Positions 1 to 9,862 of a DNA stretch of 64,000 nt are shown one piece after another. Position numbers and translations under genes: made by a program. The notes under the pieces were generated by a model. The model was not told where the DNA came from. It did no database searches and saw only the letters and a list, made by a program, of their open reading frames with translations. The stretch comes from Candidatus Melainabacteria bacterium (GTDB lineage: Bacteria; Cyanobacteriota; Vampirovibrionia; Vampirovibrionales; Vampirovibrionaceae): NCBI GenBank assembly GCA_050247195.1, contig JBFWUP010000007.1, positions 56,836 to 120,835 of the forward strand, in the 5' to 3' direction. Every line of letters begins with the position of its first letter. Within the stretch, counting starts at the first letter, position 1.

Positions 1-257
1 TGCAATAACCAGCCTGAAACAATCAATTCCGGGTCTATAATTTCGTTTATTCAATTGGATGGAAGAAGGAATAACGCTGCTCTCAAGGCGGCAACCCAGT
101 GTTCATCACGGCCCCGGCCGTTCGTTTTCTCAGTCGTCACGGAATAGCAATCGGGATAGAGGAGGTTACGGTTATGGTCAGGAAGACCCTCATGCTCTGA
201 CGCACGGCTTCCGGAGGATCCGGACGGCCCTCTCCTGGCACGTGCCGGGCGATTCAG

Positions 258-265
258 TGTAGAAT
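258..265 (+). promoter_or_regulatory. extended -10 (TGTAGAAT) candidate promoter upstream of the sigma factor gene
   Basis: TGn-10 motif about 22 nt upstream of the ATG at 287; no strong -35. Confidence 0.3.
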
Positions 266-286
266 GATAACCAGTGGAGTTCTAAC

Positions 287-1123
287 ATGGCTGCACCCAA
301 TATTTTTGTTTCCCCGGATGGTCTGCCCAAAAAACGCAAGCGGACTGCCCAGAAAGAGGACGCCAACAAACCGTCCTCTCCAGGCCGGAAGCAATCAAAA
401 CCCACGTCAGGCAGGAATGCACACGATAATCCGATGTCACCCAACGCGACGAATCCGGGAAAACGCCCCCAACGCACCGTCAACGATTACGTAGAACTGA
501 TTGAAACGGTCGCCCGGGTGGAATACAGTCGTTTGCCCAATCACCTGATTGATTTCAGTGAAATCGTCAATATTGGGGCCATTGCCGTACACGTGCTGCT
601 CACCTCCAACCCGGACCGTGAGTTCAACGTGACCTACCTCTCCACCGCTATCAAGTGGGCCATCCGCAATGAACTGCGGTACCGCTACAAGTGGTATTCC
701 CTGAAACAGACCACCGAGGTGGTGGCCGATCCGGAAACCGCCCAGGATATGGACGGCGACGGCATTGAGGCCAACAAAGGGAAAGTCCGCGAGGCGGTGT
801 ACGAAACCATCCTCTCCGTGGACGGGATGATGGAGGCGGAAAACCCGCACGAACTCCGCGATGACTCTTACACGCCGGAGGAGGACTCCGAGCTGCGTGA
901 GCTTTCCAAGCTCATCAAGGAGTGTATGACCCGCCTGCCGGAGCGCGACCGGGAAATCATCGAAGCCCGCTTCTTCAAAAACATGAAGATGCGTGAAATC
1001 GGGGAAAAGTTCAACATCTCGCCGTCGCGCACCTCACGCGTCGTCCAGTCCGCGCTGGATAAAATCAAGGTGGAACTGCAGCGCCGGGGGTATTCTCCCA
1101 AGCACTTCGGCGAAGTCTGGTAG
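287..1123 (+). CDS. sigma-70 family RNA polymerase sigma factor (group 3 / FliA-like) with a Lys/Pro-rich ~70-aa N-terminal extension
   Basis: Region 2 and region 4 HTH signatures (…ERDREIIEARFFKNMKMREIGEKFNISPSRTSRVVQSALDKIK…); basic N-terminus. Confidence 0.8.
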   Translation: MAAPNIFVSPDGLPKKRKRTAQKEDANKPSSPGRKQSKPTSGRNAHDNPMSPNATNPGKRPQRTVNDYVELIETVARVEYSRLPNHLIDFSEIVNIGAIAVHVLLTSNPDREFNVTYLSTAIKWAIRNELRYRYKWYSLKQTTEVVADPETAQDMDGDGIEANKGKVREAVYETILSVDGMMEAENPHELRDDSYTPEEDSELRELSKLIKECMTRLPERDREIIEARFFKNMKMREIGEKFNISPSRTSRVVQSALDKIKVELQRRGYSPKHFGEVW

Positions 1124-1189
1124 CCGGAGGTCTGACCGATGCCGCATCGCTTCGCCAACCCGGCGTATCAGCTGCTGTGTGAAAAATCG

Positions 1190-1954
1190 CTACTGATTCG
1201 AATAATCGTTGTAGCCGAAGAATTCACGTTGCGAGTCGCCGGAGTAAACCTTCCAGAACCGATCCAGGCCCAGATAGCCCAGACCTAGCAGCGGCAGCGT
1301 TACTGCCCAGCGGCCATTGGAAACAGACTTCGCGGCGAAGTCCAGTATTTTACCGACGCTTTTGCCGAGACCATCAGCGAGGTGTCGGCCGACACCCCAG
1401 TTCCGCAATCCCTGTCGTGCCGAATTCAGCGGCGCCCCGAAGGCACGACGACTCTCACGGGCGACAGCCCTGAAGGGTGCGTGAACGGCCCTGGCCCCAA
1501 AACCGCCGTACAGGCCTGCAAAACCCAATCCAATAAAGGGCAGGTTGGGTAAAAGAATTTCATTGATGAATCCCTCCGTATACGCTTTGATACGATAACC
1601 ACTGGCACGCAGTTTAAACGGTCCGTACAGCACGACGCGTTTCAACCGGACAGCAAGGCTGTCAAATCCGGGATGGCCTGAATAGAAACCAGCATTGAAT
1701 CTGAACTGGTCCATGGACAGTTCATTCTGGTAAGCCTGATAACGTTGTTCCCAGAGATCACGTGATCCACGAACAGAATCGCGCATCATCAGGTAAGCCA
1801 CGGCAATGGCGCCAAGTCCAAGCGCCTTCCGGCTGGCGGAGCCCGCCACACGGCTGACGCCGTTGCCGGCGACGCTGGTGGCGCGCGATGCGCCCTGACG
1901 GACGTTGCCGGGCAGGTGAATGTTATGCGGAATGTTGGGCGGCACGCTGCTCAT
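1190..1954 (-). CDS. hypothetical protein, Gly-rich C-terminal half
   Basis: 254-aa ORF; 4-nt ATGA overlap with the upstream gene suggests translational coupling. Confidence 0.5.
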   Translation of the reverse strand: MSSVPPNIPHNIHLPGNVRQGASRATSVAGNGVSRVAGSASRKALGLGAIAVAYLMMRDSVRGSRDLWEQRYQAYQNELSMDQFRFNAGFYSGHPGFDSLAVRLKRVVLYGPFKLRASGYRIKAYTEGFINEILLPNLPFIGLGFAGLYGGFGARAVHAPFRAVARESRRAFGAPLNSARQGLRNWGVGRHLADGLGKSVGKILDFAAKSVSNGRWAVTLPLLGLGYLGLDRFWKVYSGDSQREFFGYNDYSNQ

Positions 1955-2898
1955 GCCTGTCCTCCTTGCGGATTGCCGGAACTGGCCGGCGCTTCTTGTG
2001 GTGACGTTTGTGTGTTACCCGCAGGTTGCCCCTGCGGCGGCTCTGGCTGAGGTGGTAGCGGATTGTTACCGGCCGCCAGGCGGCCGAGAATCTGCTTGGC
2101 GGCTTCCGACTCAATATCCATCAGCGAATGATTGGCCGTCATGGCGTTCAGCAGGTCCTGCACCCCCTGAGACGGATTTGTCACGCCACCGAGATCCATG
2201 GCCAGAAAAGCGGGCTGGTGCACCACCGGGCTGGTGTCCCGGAGCATTTTCTCCAGAAAGGCATCTACAAACGGCTTGGTGTCCGGCTGGTTGGCCAGCG
2301 TGGGGTTGGCTTTCAGAATTTTGAAGAGATCCATGCCGGCTTTAGCGCGGGTCATCTCATCCGGATCGTTCATCCGGTCATTCAGGCTTTTCACCGTCTG
2401 GGCGTCCAGCGTGGCGCCGGGCTTCTGCAGATCCGGTTTGGGCGGCTCGGGCGCTTTTGGCTGCGCGGGTGGCTGCGGTTGCTGAGCCGGGGGGGGTTGC
2501 GCAGCGGGCGCTGGCGGCGGCGCCTGAGGCGCTGGCTGGCCGTTGGGCTGCGCACCGGGTGCGGCGTTGTAAATGTTGTTCTGCTGATTGGGCGACAGCC
2601 ACGGCATGCCTGGCACCGCGCCGGACTGATGCTGATACAGCATGGGCGCCACCAGGTAGGGCGGGGGTATTTCCGCCAACGGTGGGCCGGGGTTGGGGGC
2701 AGGCATTGCAGCCCCACTCACGCCATACCCACCACCGGGCGTCTCGCCGGTGGGCGCGCCGAATCCCCCGGCGGCCATCATTCCTGGCGGTGGCGGCAGC
2801 GGTGGCAGTGGATTGAGTATGCTGGTATTCCCCATTGAGACCCTATCTCCGTCCGAACGGCCCTGGCCGCCCGGTTGCCCTGTCGTGTCCGGCGTCAT
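1951..2898 (-). CDS. proline-rich hypothetical protein
   Basis: 315-aa ORF with a long P/Q/A-rich low-complexity N-terminal half and a structured C-terminal domain. Confidence 0.5.
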   Translation of the reverse strand: MTPDTTGQPGGQGRSDGDRVSMGNTSILNPLPPLPPPPGMMAAGGFGAPTGETPGGGYGVSGAAMPAPNPGPPLAEIPPPYLVAPMLYQHQSGAVPGMPWLSPNQQNNIYNAAPGAQPNGQPAPQAPPPAPAAQPPPAQQPQPPAQPKAPEPPKPDLQKPGATLDAQTVKSLNDRMNDPDEMTRAKAGMDLFKILKANPTLANQPDTKPFVDAFLEKMLRDTSPVVHQPAFLAMDLGGVTNPSQGVQDLLNAMTANHSLMDIESEAAKQILGRLAAGNNPLPPQPEPPQGQPAGNTQTSPQEAPASSGNPQGGQA

Positions 2899-3045
2899 GC
2901 AGGCTATCCGGTGGATATCATGGATATCACAGAAACCCTCGCGCCTGGCGGGCGCAATGACACCTTACTCGTATAAAACCAATTCAGGGGATTTTGGTGC
3001 TACCAGGGAGGGGGGTTGAGGGGTGGAGCGCCCCTCACAACCGGG

Positions 3046-3411
3046 TCAGGGTGAGACCAGATCAGGACGCAGAATCATGGCCCTGCCCTGATAAACCGAC
3101 TGCACGTCTGCCTGGGGACGGGTGGTCTCAAACTGAATGAGGATACGGATACAGCGCTCGGGCAGACCCTGGATATCCGGCTCCTGAAAGCACATCAGCG
3201 GCACATGCGTCCAGTCCAGCAGCTCGCGGGCCACTTTGGCGGGAGATATCGCGTGGATATCATGAGTGACGGTAAAAAAGACACTGCTGATATCAACAGT
3301 CCGGATCTTATTGCGGCTGATGATCTCACTGAGCAGCTGCTGAAGCGCATCGCGCATCAGGGCGGGATCATCCGCGTCAATCGTTGTGGCGCCGCGTACA
3401 CCGCGAATCAT
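3046..3411 (-). CDS. aroH: monofunctional chorismate mutase, AroH class
   Basis: MIRGVRGATT… N-terminus and …ILRPDL C-terminus match Bacillus-type AroH; start trimmed to the MIRG methionine. Confidence 0.8.
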   Translation of the reverse strand: MIRGVRGATTIDADDPALMRDALQQLLSEIISRNKIRTVDISSVFFTVTHDIHAISPAKVARELLDWTHVPLMCFQEPDIQGLPERCIRILIQFETTRPQADVQSVYQGRAMILRPDLVSP

Positions 3412-3570
3412 GGTAATGTCTCCGTGGGTTGATGACGCCGGTCCGCAAACGCAACTGGCCAACCGGCAGCAGCATCAGTATAGGGGAAACCAGAATCGGG
3501 TTAAAATAGAGATAGGACAATGACTTGCCCTGCTTGTAGTAGAATATCGGCAATCCGGAGATTTTCCCCC

Positions 3571-4302
3571 ATGGTCAGCATTCTCGTTGTTGATGACGAC
3601 CCCGAAATTATCGATCTGCTGAAGCTGGACCTTGAGCTGATGGGTTTTGACGTGGATTCCGCCACGGACGGGCTGACCGGCCTGAAAAAGGCGGAGGCCC
3701 GCACGTTTGACCTGATTGTGCTGGACGTGATGATGCCGAAAATGGACGGCTTTGAGGTCACCAAAAAAATACGCGCCAACCGCGCCTCGGTCTCCGTGCC
3801 CATTATTCTGCTAACCGCCAAAGGAACGATTGAGGATAAAATCCGCGGTTTTAATGCCGGGGCGGACGACTACCTGGTGAAGCCCTTTGAATTCCAGGAG
3901 CTGATGGTCCGGATGCGCGCCCTGTTTCGCCGTACGGGGGCCATGAACAAAGTGGGCGCCCCGACCAAGAAGGATGAAATGCTGAGCAGCGGCGACATCA
4001 AACTGCTGCCCTCATCCCTGGAGGTGATTCTGCGCGGGCAGATGGTGAAACTGACGCCCACCGAATTCGAGATTCTTTATTGCCTGATGCAGCACGTGAA
4101 TGAAGCCGTGCCGCTGGCCACCATTCTGCAGGAGGTCTGGGGGTATGAGGCCGATGAGGACGTGCGGATGCTGCGCGTGCATATTGGCGGACTGCGCCAG
4201 AAGATTGAAACGGATCACAAGCGGCCGCAATACCTGCAAACCGTCACCAATGTGGGCTACCGGCTCAGCCCCACACCGGCCGACGTGCTGGCGGGCGCGT
4301 AA
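3571..4302 (+). CDS. two-component response regulator, OmpR/PhoB family
   Basis: CheY-like receiver (ILVVDDD…DLIVLDVMMPKMDG…LLTAKG) plus winged-helix C-terminus (…VHIGGLRQKIE…GYRL); SD GGAG upstream of the ATG at 3571. Confidence 0.85.
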   Translation: MVSILVVDDDPEIIDLLKLDLELMGFDVDSATDGLTGLKKAEARTFDLIVLDVMMPKMDGFEVTKKIRANRASVSVPIILLTAKGTIEDKIRGFNAGADDYLVKPFEFQELMVRMRALFRRTGAMNKVGAPTKKDEMLSSGDIKLLPSSLEVILRGQMVKLTPTEFEILYCLMQHVNEAVPLATILQEVWGYEADEDVRMLRVHIGGLRQKIETDHKRPQYLQTVTNVGYRLSPTPADVLAGA

Positions 4303-4317
4303 GGGAGCAGGGACCCG

Positions 4318-6255
4318 ATGGCCAGCAAAACCAGTCATCTCGTGGTGCCCAAGCTGAAACTTTATCAGCAGGTCATCATCACGTTTGTGGTGGTCGTCAT
4401 GCTGCCGCTCCTGGGCATCAGTTTCACCATCTACAGCATCAACCAGAAGGCGCTGAAGAAAGAAATCGCCCTGTTCACCGAACATACGACCGAGGGGATT
4501 TTCAAGGACTTTCAGACCGAAATGACCTGGCAGAGCGCGCAGAGCCGCCTGATGCGCACCTATCTGCTGGAGCGCTTTGACCAGAGCAGCCGCTTTCAGC
4601 TGGCTGCCGACGGCCTGTTTCAGCAGGATGACCGGTACGCAGCCGTTGCCATTTATGACGCTGCGGGCCAGCGGCTGAACACGGCCTACAACCCCAAAAA
4701 CCCCCTGCCCAAGGACCTGAGGCTTCCCGAACGTCTGACTGAACCGGCGCAGGAAGAACACTACCAGGTTCTGTTTGCTGCGGCTGCCGGCAAGGACCAG
4801 ACCCCCTACTATCTGCAGTCGCTTCTGCCGGTCCCCGCAAGCGATCTGGCGAAACGCCGTCATGCCGCCTATTATCTGGAACTGAAGCGTTTTAACTACC
4901 TCAGTACGCTCATCCGCACCAACCAGGATTTATACGACGGCCTCTACATCGTGGATGCCGACGGCAAAATCATCGCCGGACCCGACGCCGTGATACCAGG
5001 ACAGCAGGTGCTGAATGAAAAAGACCGTCAGTTTCTGCTGAACCTGCCGGACGGCGTGCTGCGGGAATTCTCCACTGAAGCCCAAACGCCCACGGGCGAC
5101 GACGATGATGAAAATCAACCCCTGCAGAAAGTCTATGTCAAAATGCCTGACATTCACTGGGGCATTATTCTCGAATCGCCCTACCACGTCCGGCAGAAAT
5201 ATATCCGCCGGGCCCGCGTTCAAACCCTGTTTCTCATCGCCGGGTGTCTTGTGCTGGTGGCCATTGGCGGCCTGGTCTACTCGCTGGGCATCAGCCGTAA
5301 CTTCCGCCAGCTGATTAAAGGTATAAAAGCCATGGCCGGCGGCAACTACACCCGCCGCATCCGCCTGATCACCAACTTTTTCACGCCCTACGAGATTGTT
5401 TACCTGGCCGGTGAGTTTAACCGGATGGCCCGCAAAACGGCGGACGCCTGGCAAACGATTCAGGAAAAGAACGCCGAACTGGCGAAGCTGGACGAACTGA
5501 AATCCAACTTGATGGACACGGTGAGCCACGAACTGCGCACGCCGCTGACCAACATTAAAGGCTACACCTCCCGCCTGATCCGCTACGACAAAACCCTGGA
5601 TGCACCCACCCGGATGAAAAGCCTGAAAGTCGTGAAAAACCAGGCCGACCGCCTGGGACGGCTGGTGGAGGATCTGCTGGTGATCCCCGATCTCGACAAC
5701 GCCAAGCTGCGGGTCTTTCCGGATCGCGTCAGCCTCGGCGCCGTGATGGAAAACGTGCTGCACCTGATGGAAGCGCGCGACCGACGTGAAATTCTTCTGG
5801 ACATGGCCTCAGAAGTCGATGTACTGGCCGATCCGGATCGCCTGGAACAGATTCTCCTGAACCTGCTGGACAATGCCGCAAAATACTCTCTGCCGGACAC
5901 CCCCATTACCGTGCGTGTGGAAGCCGATGAACGGCTGGTACTCATTGCCGTGCGCAACCAGTGCGAGCCCATTCCAGAGGAAAAACAACCGGAAGTGGGC
6001 CGTTTGTTTGAGAAATTCACGCGACTGGATGAAAGTTTAGTGCGCACCACGCGCGGCAGCGGACTGGGCCTGTTTATCGCCAAAGGCCTGGTGGAAGCCA
6101 TGGGCGGCCACATTCACCTGAGTTACACCCCACATGCCCCAGCCGACACCCACGACTGGTTTGAGATTACCTTTACCCTGCCGCGCCTGCTCCCTGAACA
6201 GGTGGCTGAAACACGGGCGCCTGCAGTGTCTGAGGCATCGGCGGAGATACCGTAA
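4318..6255 (+). CDS. sensor histidine kinase (TM sensor, HAMP, HisKA, HATPase_c)
   Basis: H-box VSHELRTPLT, N/G boxes (LLDNAAKY…GSGLGLFIAKGLVEAMGG); directly downstream of the response regulator. Confidence 0.85.
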   Translation: MASKTSHLVVPKLKLYQQVIITFVVVVMLPLLGISFTIYSINQKALKKEIALFTEHTTEGIFKDFQTEMTWQSAQSRLMRTYLLERFDQSSRFQLAADGLFQQDDRYAAVAIYDAAGQRLNTAYNPKNPLPKDLRLPERLTEPAQEEHYQVLFAAAAGKDQTPYYLQSLLPVPASDLAKRRHAAYYLELKRFNYLSTLIRTNQDLYDGLYIVDADGKIIAGPDAVIPGQQVLNEKDRQFLLNLPDGVLREFSTEAQTPTGDDDDENQPLQKVYVKMPDIHWGIILESPYHVRQKYIRRARVQTLFLIAGCLVLVAIGGLVYSLGISRNFRQLIKGIKAMAGGNYTRRIRLITNFFTPYEIVYLAGEFNRMARKTADAWQTIQEKNAELAKLDELKSNLMDTVSHELRTPLTNIKGYTSRLIRYDKTLDAPTRMKSLKVVKNQADRLGRLVEDLLVIPDLDNAKLRVFPDRVSLGAVMENVLHLMEARDRREILLDMASEVDVLADPDRLEQILLNLLDNAAKYSLPDTPITVRVEADERLVLIAVRNQCEPIPEEKQPEVGRLFEKFTRLDESLVRTTRGSGLGLFIAKGLVEAMGGHIHLSYTPHAPADTHDWFEITFTLPRLLPEQVAETRAPAVSEASAEIP

Positions 6256-6973
6256 ACGGCGAAGCGGCAGGAACGGCTACTGATGTTGCGGCCGTCACCG
6301 GCTGGCCGGGACGCGCCAGCGGCACGCTGATGGGTTGAATCTGAGGCATCATGCCCACTTTCTGCAACGGGACGGGCTTTTGCGTCGCAGGGGCGGCAGC
6401 CGCGGCTTTCGCTTTGTCGTCCGCTTTCATCCGGTTGTAGATTTTTTCAAAAACAATGGAGCCAAACAGCGGGCGGAGAAAGGCAAAACCCAGCGCGCCA
6501 CCAATGTTGCCGGCCAGGGAACGGACAGGGCGCAGAAACTCCTCCAGCACCTCGGGGCGGTTTTTAAAGCGGCGGTTCATCAGCATAACGGCCAGCTGAG
6601 AAAGCCCGAAAAAGGCTGTACCCAGAGAGGTGATGCCGACAAGCTGAACAGTCGCCTCCTGGCCTACCTGCTGTTTGATGTCCTTGTTGGACATGCCGCC
6701 CAGCTTGTATTTCAGCGCCATAAACGGCGGATTAAAGATGGCGTTCACCAGCGGCGAACCGAAGCCCACAATGTAGAACATATCCACGGCGCGGTTGGTG
6801 GCTTTCCGCTGGATTGCCGGATCCGCACTGTTCATCATCGTGATGGTTTCTTTCAGCCAGGTTTTGCTGAAAGCAGGCAGCTGTTTTAACTGGGACGGCG
6901 CCAGACGACGCATCAGACCGGTTTTGGCAACGGTCTCAGCGGTATGCACCATGGCGGTCAATGGAACGCTCAT
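6173..6973 (-). CDS. hypothetical membrane protein, tandem paralog 2
   Basis: Shares motifs with the upstream gene (FG.P.V….NP..M…YK..GM); hydrophobic segments; start overlaps the upstream stop. Confidence 0.55.
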   Translation of the reverse strand: MSVPLTAMVHTAETVAKTGLMRRLAPSQLKQLPAFSKTWLKETITMMNSADPAIQRKATNRAVDMFYIVGFGSPLVNAIFNPPFMALKYKLGGMSNKDIKQQVGQEATVQLVGITSLGTAFFGLSQLAVMLMNRRFKNRPEVLEEFLRPVRSLAGNIGGALGFAFLRPLFGSIVFEKIYNRMKADDKAKAAAAAPATQKPVPLQKVGMMPQIQPISVPLARPGQPVTAATSVAVPAASPFTVSPPMPQTLQAPVFQPPVQGAGAAG

Positions 6974-7713
6974 GCCACACCTCCGGCGCCGGCGGTGGCG
7001 CGCTCAAACACCTGAAAGGCATTGGGACGGAGCATGCCGGATGCGGCGCTGCCGGCGGCGAAATAAGGCTGGTTGGCCGGCGTTTTCATCTCGCCGCTTT
7101 CTTTTTTCTTGTTCAGCAGGCTTTTAAAAATGGTTGCCGCCAGTATGGGGCGGATCACCGCAAAACCCACCGCGCTGCCAATGGTGCCGGCAATGTCGGA
7201 GAACAGAGTGCGCTGGGCGGCGCTGGAAATATTGCGGAAACCGAAGGCGGCCACAAACTTACCGGCCACAAAACTCACCACATGGATACCCACCGTCACG
7301 AACTGCGCCGTGGTTTCCTGGGAAATCAGCGACCAGCGGTCGTGGCGGTCCATGCCTTTGGATTTATAGCGGGCGTTCATCACCACGGGGTTCATCAGGC
7401 AGTCCACCACCGGGGCCATCAGGCCAAACACGCCCATGTAGGCTTTCAGTTTCTCAACATACTGCGCCCGGATGGCCGGATCGTGGCTGGCGGCGTCTTT
7501 CATGCGCAGCAGCAGTTCAACGGGCCGGGCAAAATAGCGGTAAGGCGCTTTGGCGATTTCAACCGCCGTGCTGCTGAGCACCTTACCCACGGTGGGGTGC
7601 GCCGTCACGGTCGGCACCACCTGCTGGGTAATTTCGGCCACCAGGCGTTCGCCAGCCTGAACCGCAGGACGGACGGCCTGATGCACAGCTTGCGTTGTGA
7701 CCGATGAAACCAT
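6970..7713 (-). CDS. hypothetical membrane protein, tandem paralog 1
   Basis: 247-aa ORF paralogous to 6173..6973; AT-rich divergent promoter region upstream (7714-7918). Confidence 0.55.
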   Translation of the reverse strand: MVSSVTTQAVHQAVRPAVQAGERLVAEITQQVVPTVTAHPTVGKVLSSTAVEIAKAPYRYFARPVELLLRMKDAASHDPAIRAQYVEKLKAYMGVFGLMAPVVDCLMNPVVMNARYKSKGMDRHDRWSLISQETTAQFVTVGIHVVSFVAGKFVAAFGFRNISSAAQRTLFSDIAGTIGSAVGFAVIRPILAATIFKSLLNKKKESGEMKTPANQPYFAAGSAASGMLRPNAFQVFERATAGAGGVA

Positions 7714-7918
7714 AGAAGACGATAAGACCCCTGTTGGAACCCAAGGCGTGACCGAAAAAACGTCTGTTGAAATAATTGAAATAATTAAGGCTGATTTGCC
7801 GGTATTGTATCAAAAACCCTGAAAAAAAGATATTGTCAGCTTTTGGCGGGATCTATGCTTCAATAATTGCTGCCAGTGGCCTTCTGCCGGGGTATCATTC
7901 ACCGAGGTTTTCCGTTCA

Positions 7919-8641
7919 ATGAGCATACAGATTCAATACCTGGGATATTATGGTTATCACCTGACCATGGGGAATGGGGACAGTGTTCTCATCGACCCCA
8001 ATATCAGCCACCATGACAGGTTGCTGACAGGCATACAGCCCACACAGATTCTGCTGACCCACGCCCACCCGGACTGGCGGGACAGCGTGGCTCTGGCAAA
8101 CGCAACGGGTGCAGTGCTTTACGCCCCTGAAGGGTGTCAGCTGGCCACGGTAAACACATTGCCAGCGACCCAGCGCCAGCCACTGTCAGCGGACCACAGC
8201 CTGGCCTTTCGCTGGGGGGAACTAGTGATTCTCGAAAGCCCTTCAGATCCCGACTCGGACGTGCCGGATACAGCCTGCGTCTCCCTGATGATTCAGTCGG
8301 AAGGCAACAACATCCTGTTCGCCGGGCAATCGCCGCCGGGGCCGCATATCCGTGCCTACGGACGTGATTTCAAACCCAATGCATCCTTTCTGCCGGCCCA
8401 GCGTTTCCCGGGCGAACGCGTGGTTCAGGCGGCCATGTGGCTGGGTTCGGATCTGGTTTTCCCGATGAATGTCGAGCCCGGGGATGATCCCGATACCAAC
8501 GATGCTTTCTTCAGCGAGATTTACGCCGCCCTGGACTATCACACCCCGGCGATCTGCCGTATTCTGCAACCCGGCGACACGTACACCCTGGTGCCGACAG
8601 AATCCACCGGACGGGTTGCCGGCCCGGAAGCAAGATATTAA
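7919..8641 (+). CDS. MBL-fold metallo-hydrolase
   Basis: His-rich motif ILLTHAHPDW characteristic of the metallo-beta-lactamase fold. Confidence 0.6.
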   Translation: MSIQIQYLGYYGYHLTMGNGDSVLIDPNISHHDRLLTGIQPTQILLTHAHPDWRDSVALANATGAVLYAPEGCQLATVNTLPATQRQPLSADHSLAFRWGELVILESPSDPDSDVPDTACVSLMIQSEGNNILFAGQSPPGPHIRAYGRDFKPNASFLPAQRFPGERVVQAAMWLGSDLVFPMNVEPGDDPDTNDAFFSEIYAALDYHTPAICRILQPGDTYTLVPTESTGRVAGPEARY

Positions 8642-8692
8642 TTCTGATTTAAGAGTTAATAAAACATCGTTCTAAAATATTCATAGTTTAAC

Positions 8693-8706
8693 TTATCGGA
8701 CGTTAA
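8693..8706. repeat. left arm of a 14-bp perfect inverted repeat TTATCGGACGTTAA
   Basis: Exact reverse complement found at 9798..9811; the two arms flank a single gene. Confidence 0.7.
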
Positions 8707-8736
8707 TTTTTAATCAGATAAGAATGCTCATATGAG

Positions 8737-9720
8737 TTATTCGAGGTATGTTTTTCGCGCTTCGTTCCCGGACATTCGTGATGAATGGGCCTGTTCCAGT
8801 CCGCGTTTTTTGACGATCTGTTCTCGGCTCAGGTTCAGCAGGGGATCCCGGTAGGGTATGCCGGCGCGGCTCTGCATAAACTGAACTTCGTTGACGGACA
8901 TCGGATATCCGGGTACCCGCGGTCTCGCATTCGGGTCTGCACTGACGGGGACTTTAACGCCCAGTGTGCCGGACTCCCGATCGCCCACGCCTGGCGAGCA
9001 GGTGACCACAAACCCTGCTTCGGACAATCCGCCACGCACGGCGCCGGCTGCACTGTAGGTGGCGACAATACCGTCCTCAACCAAAAGCTTGTAGTAACAG
9101 GCGAACAGATCCTGCGTCCAGAGCTCAGGCATGGCTTCCGGTGAGAATGCATCGTGGCAGATTAAATGGTACTGACCGGCATCCACGCGCACCATTGGCG
9201 GAATCACCTTGCGCAGATCGCCCATCACCAGACGGAACACGACATGGCAGCCTTTGTCACTATGGAGCTTCAGAGTATCCCGCGGGTTTTTCAGGTAATC
9301 AGCCAGGCGCGTTTCAATATCCGGGAAATGCTCAAACAGGGTGTCAAACCGGCGATCTGAGAAAATGGCCCGGGTGCCCTCGGCCACAAAAGCAACGAGT
9401 TCAGGGTCATTCTCAATAGCGGTAACTTCAATACAAACCGGGTGCGGCGCCTGGTCCAGTACGGTTGTAACAGCGACCCAGGCGTTGTACCCCAGGCCAT
9501 AGCACACATCCAGGATGCGCAGCGGCGTTGCCTGCTGGTTGGCCGGTATGCGCTTTGCAACAGCCACCGGATTGTTAAGCTGAACGTAGTGGGTGAATGC
9601 TTCAGTAAAAGCACCCGCCATATTGTGAAAATGCTGCCGGGTCTCCCGGTGATAACAGGTATAACTGCCATCCTTCGTCTGTATCAACTGATACGGTTGT
9701 CGTTGATTCTTGGGCGGCAT
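8737..9720 (-). CDS. MnmC-type tRNA (mnm5s2U34) methyltransferase domain protein (DUF752-like)
   Basis: …CHDAFSPEAMPELWTQDLF…YSAAGAVRGGLSEAGF… matches the MnmC N-terminal methyltransferase signature (DGF.P.KNP..W). Confidence 0.75.
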   Translation of the reverse strand: MPPKNQRQPYQLIQTKDGSYTCYHRETRQHFHNMAGAFTEAFTHYVQLNNPVAVAKRIPANQQATPLRILDVCYGLGYNAWVAVTTVLDQAPHPVCIEVTAIENDPELVAFVAEGTRAIFSDRRFDTLFEHFPDIETRLADYLKNPRDTLKLHSDKGCHVVFRLVMGDLRKVIPPMVRVDAGQYHLICHDAFSPEAMPELWTQDLFACYYKLLVEDGIVATYSAAGAVRGGLSEAGFVVTCSPGVGDRESGTLGVKVPVSADPNARPRVPGYPMSVNEVQFMQSRAGIPYRDPLLNLSREQIVKKRGLEQAHSSRMSGNEARKTYLE

Positions 9721-9797
9721 ATCGGATCCAACTGGCAGAATAATCCCTATTTTAAAGGAAAAAGGGGGTCATCAGGGTTCCTGAAAATTAAACAACC

Positions 9798-9811
9798 TTA
9801 ACGTCCGATAA
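9798..9811. repeat. right arm of the 14-bp inverted repeat (TTAACGTCCGATAA)
   Basis: Reverse complement of 8693..8706. Confidence 0.7.
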
Positions 9812-9862
9812 TAGACATTATGCTCTGGTGTCAATTTCACGATTTATGAGCCCTTTGGGTGA

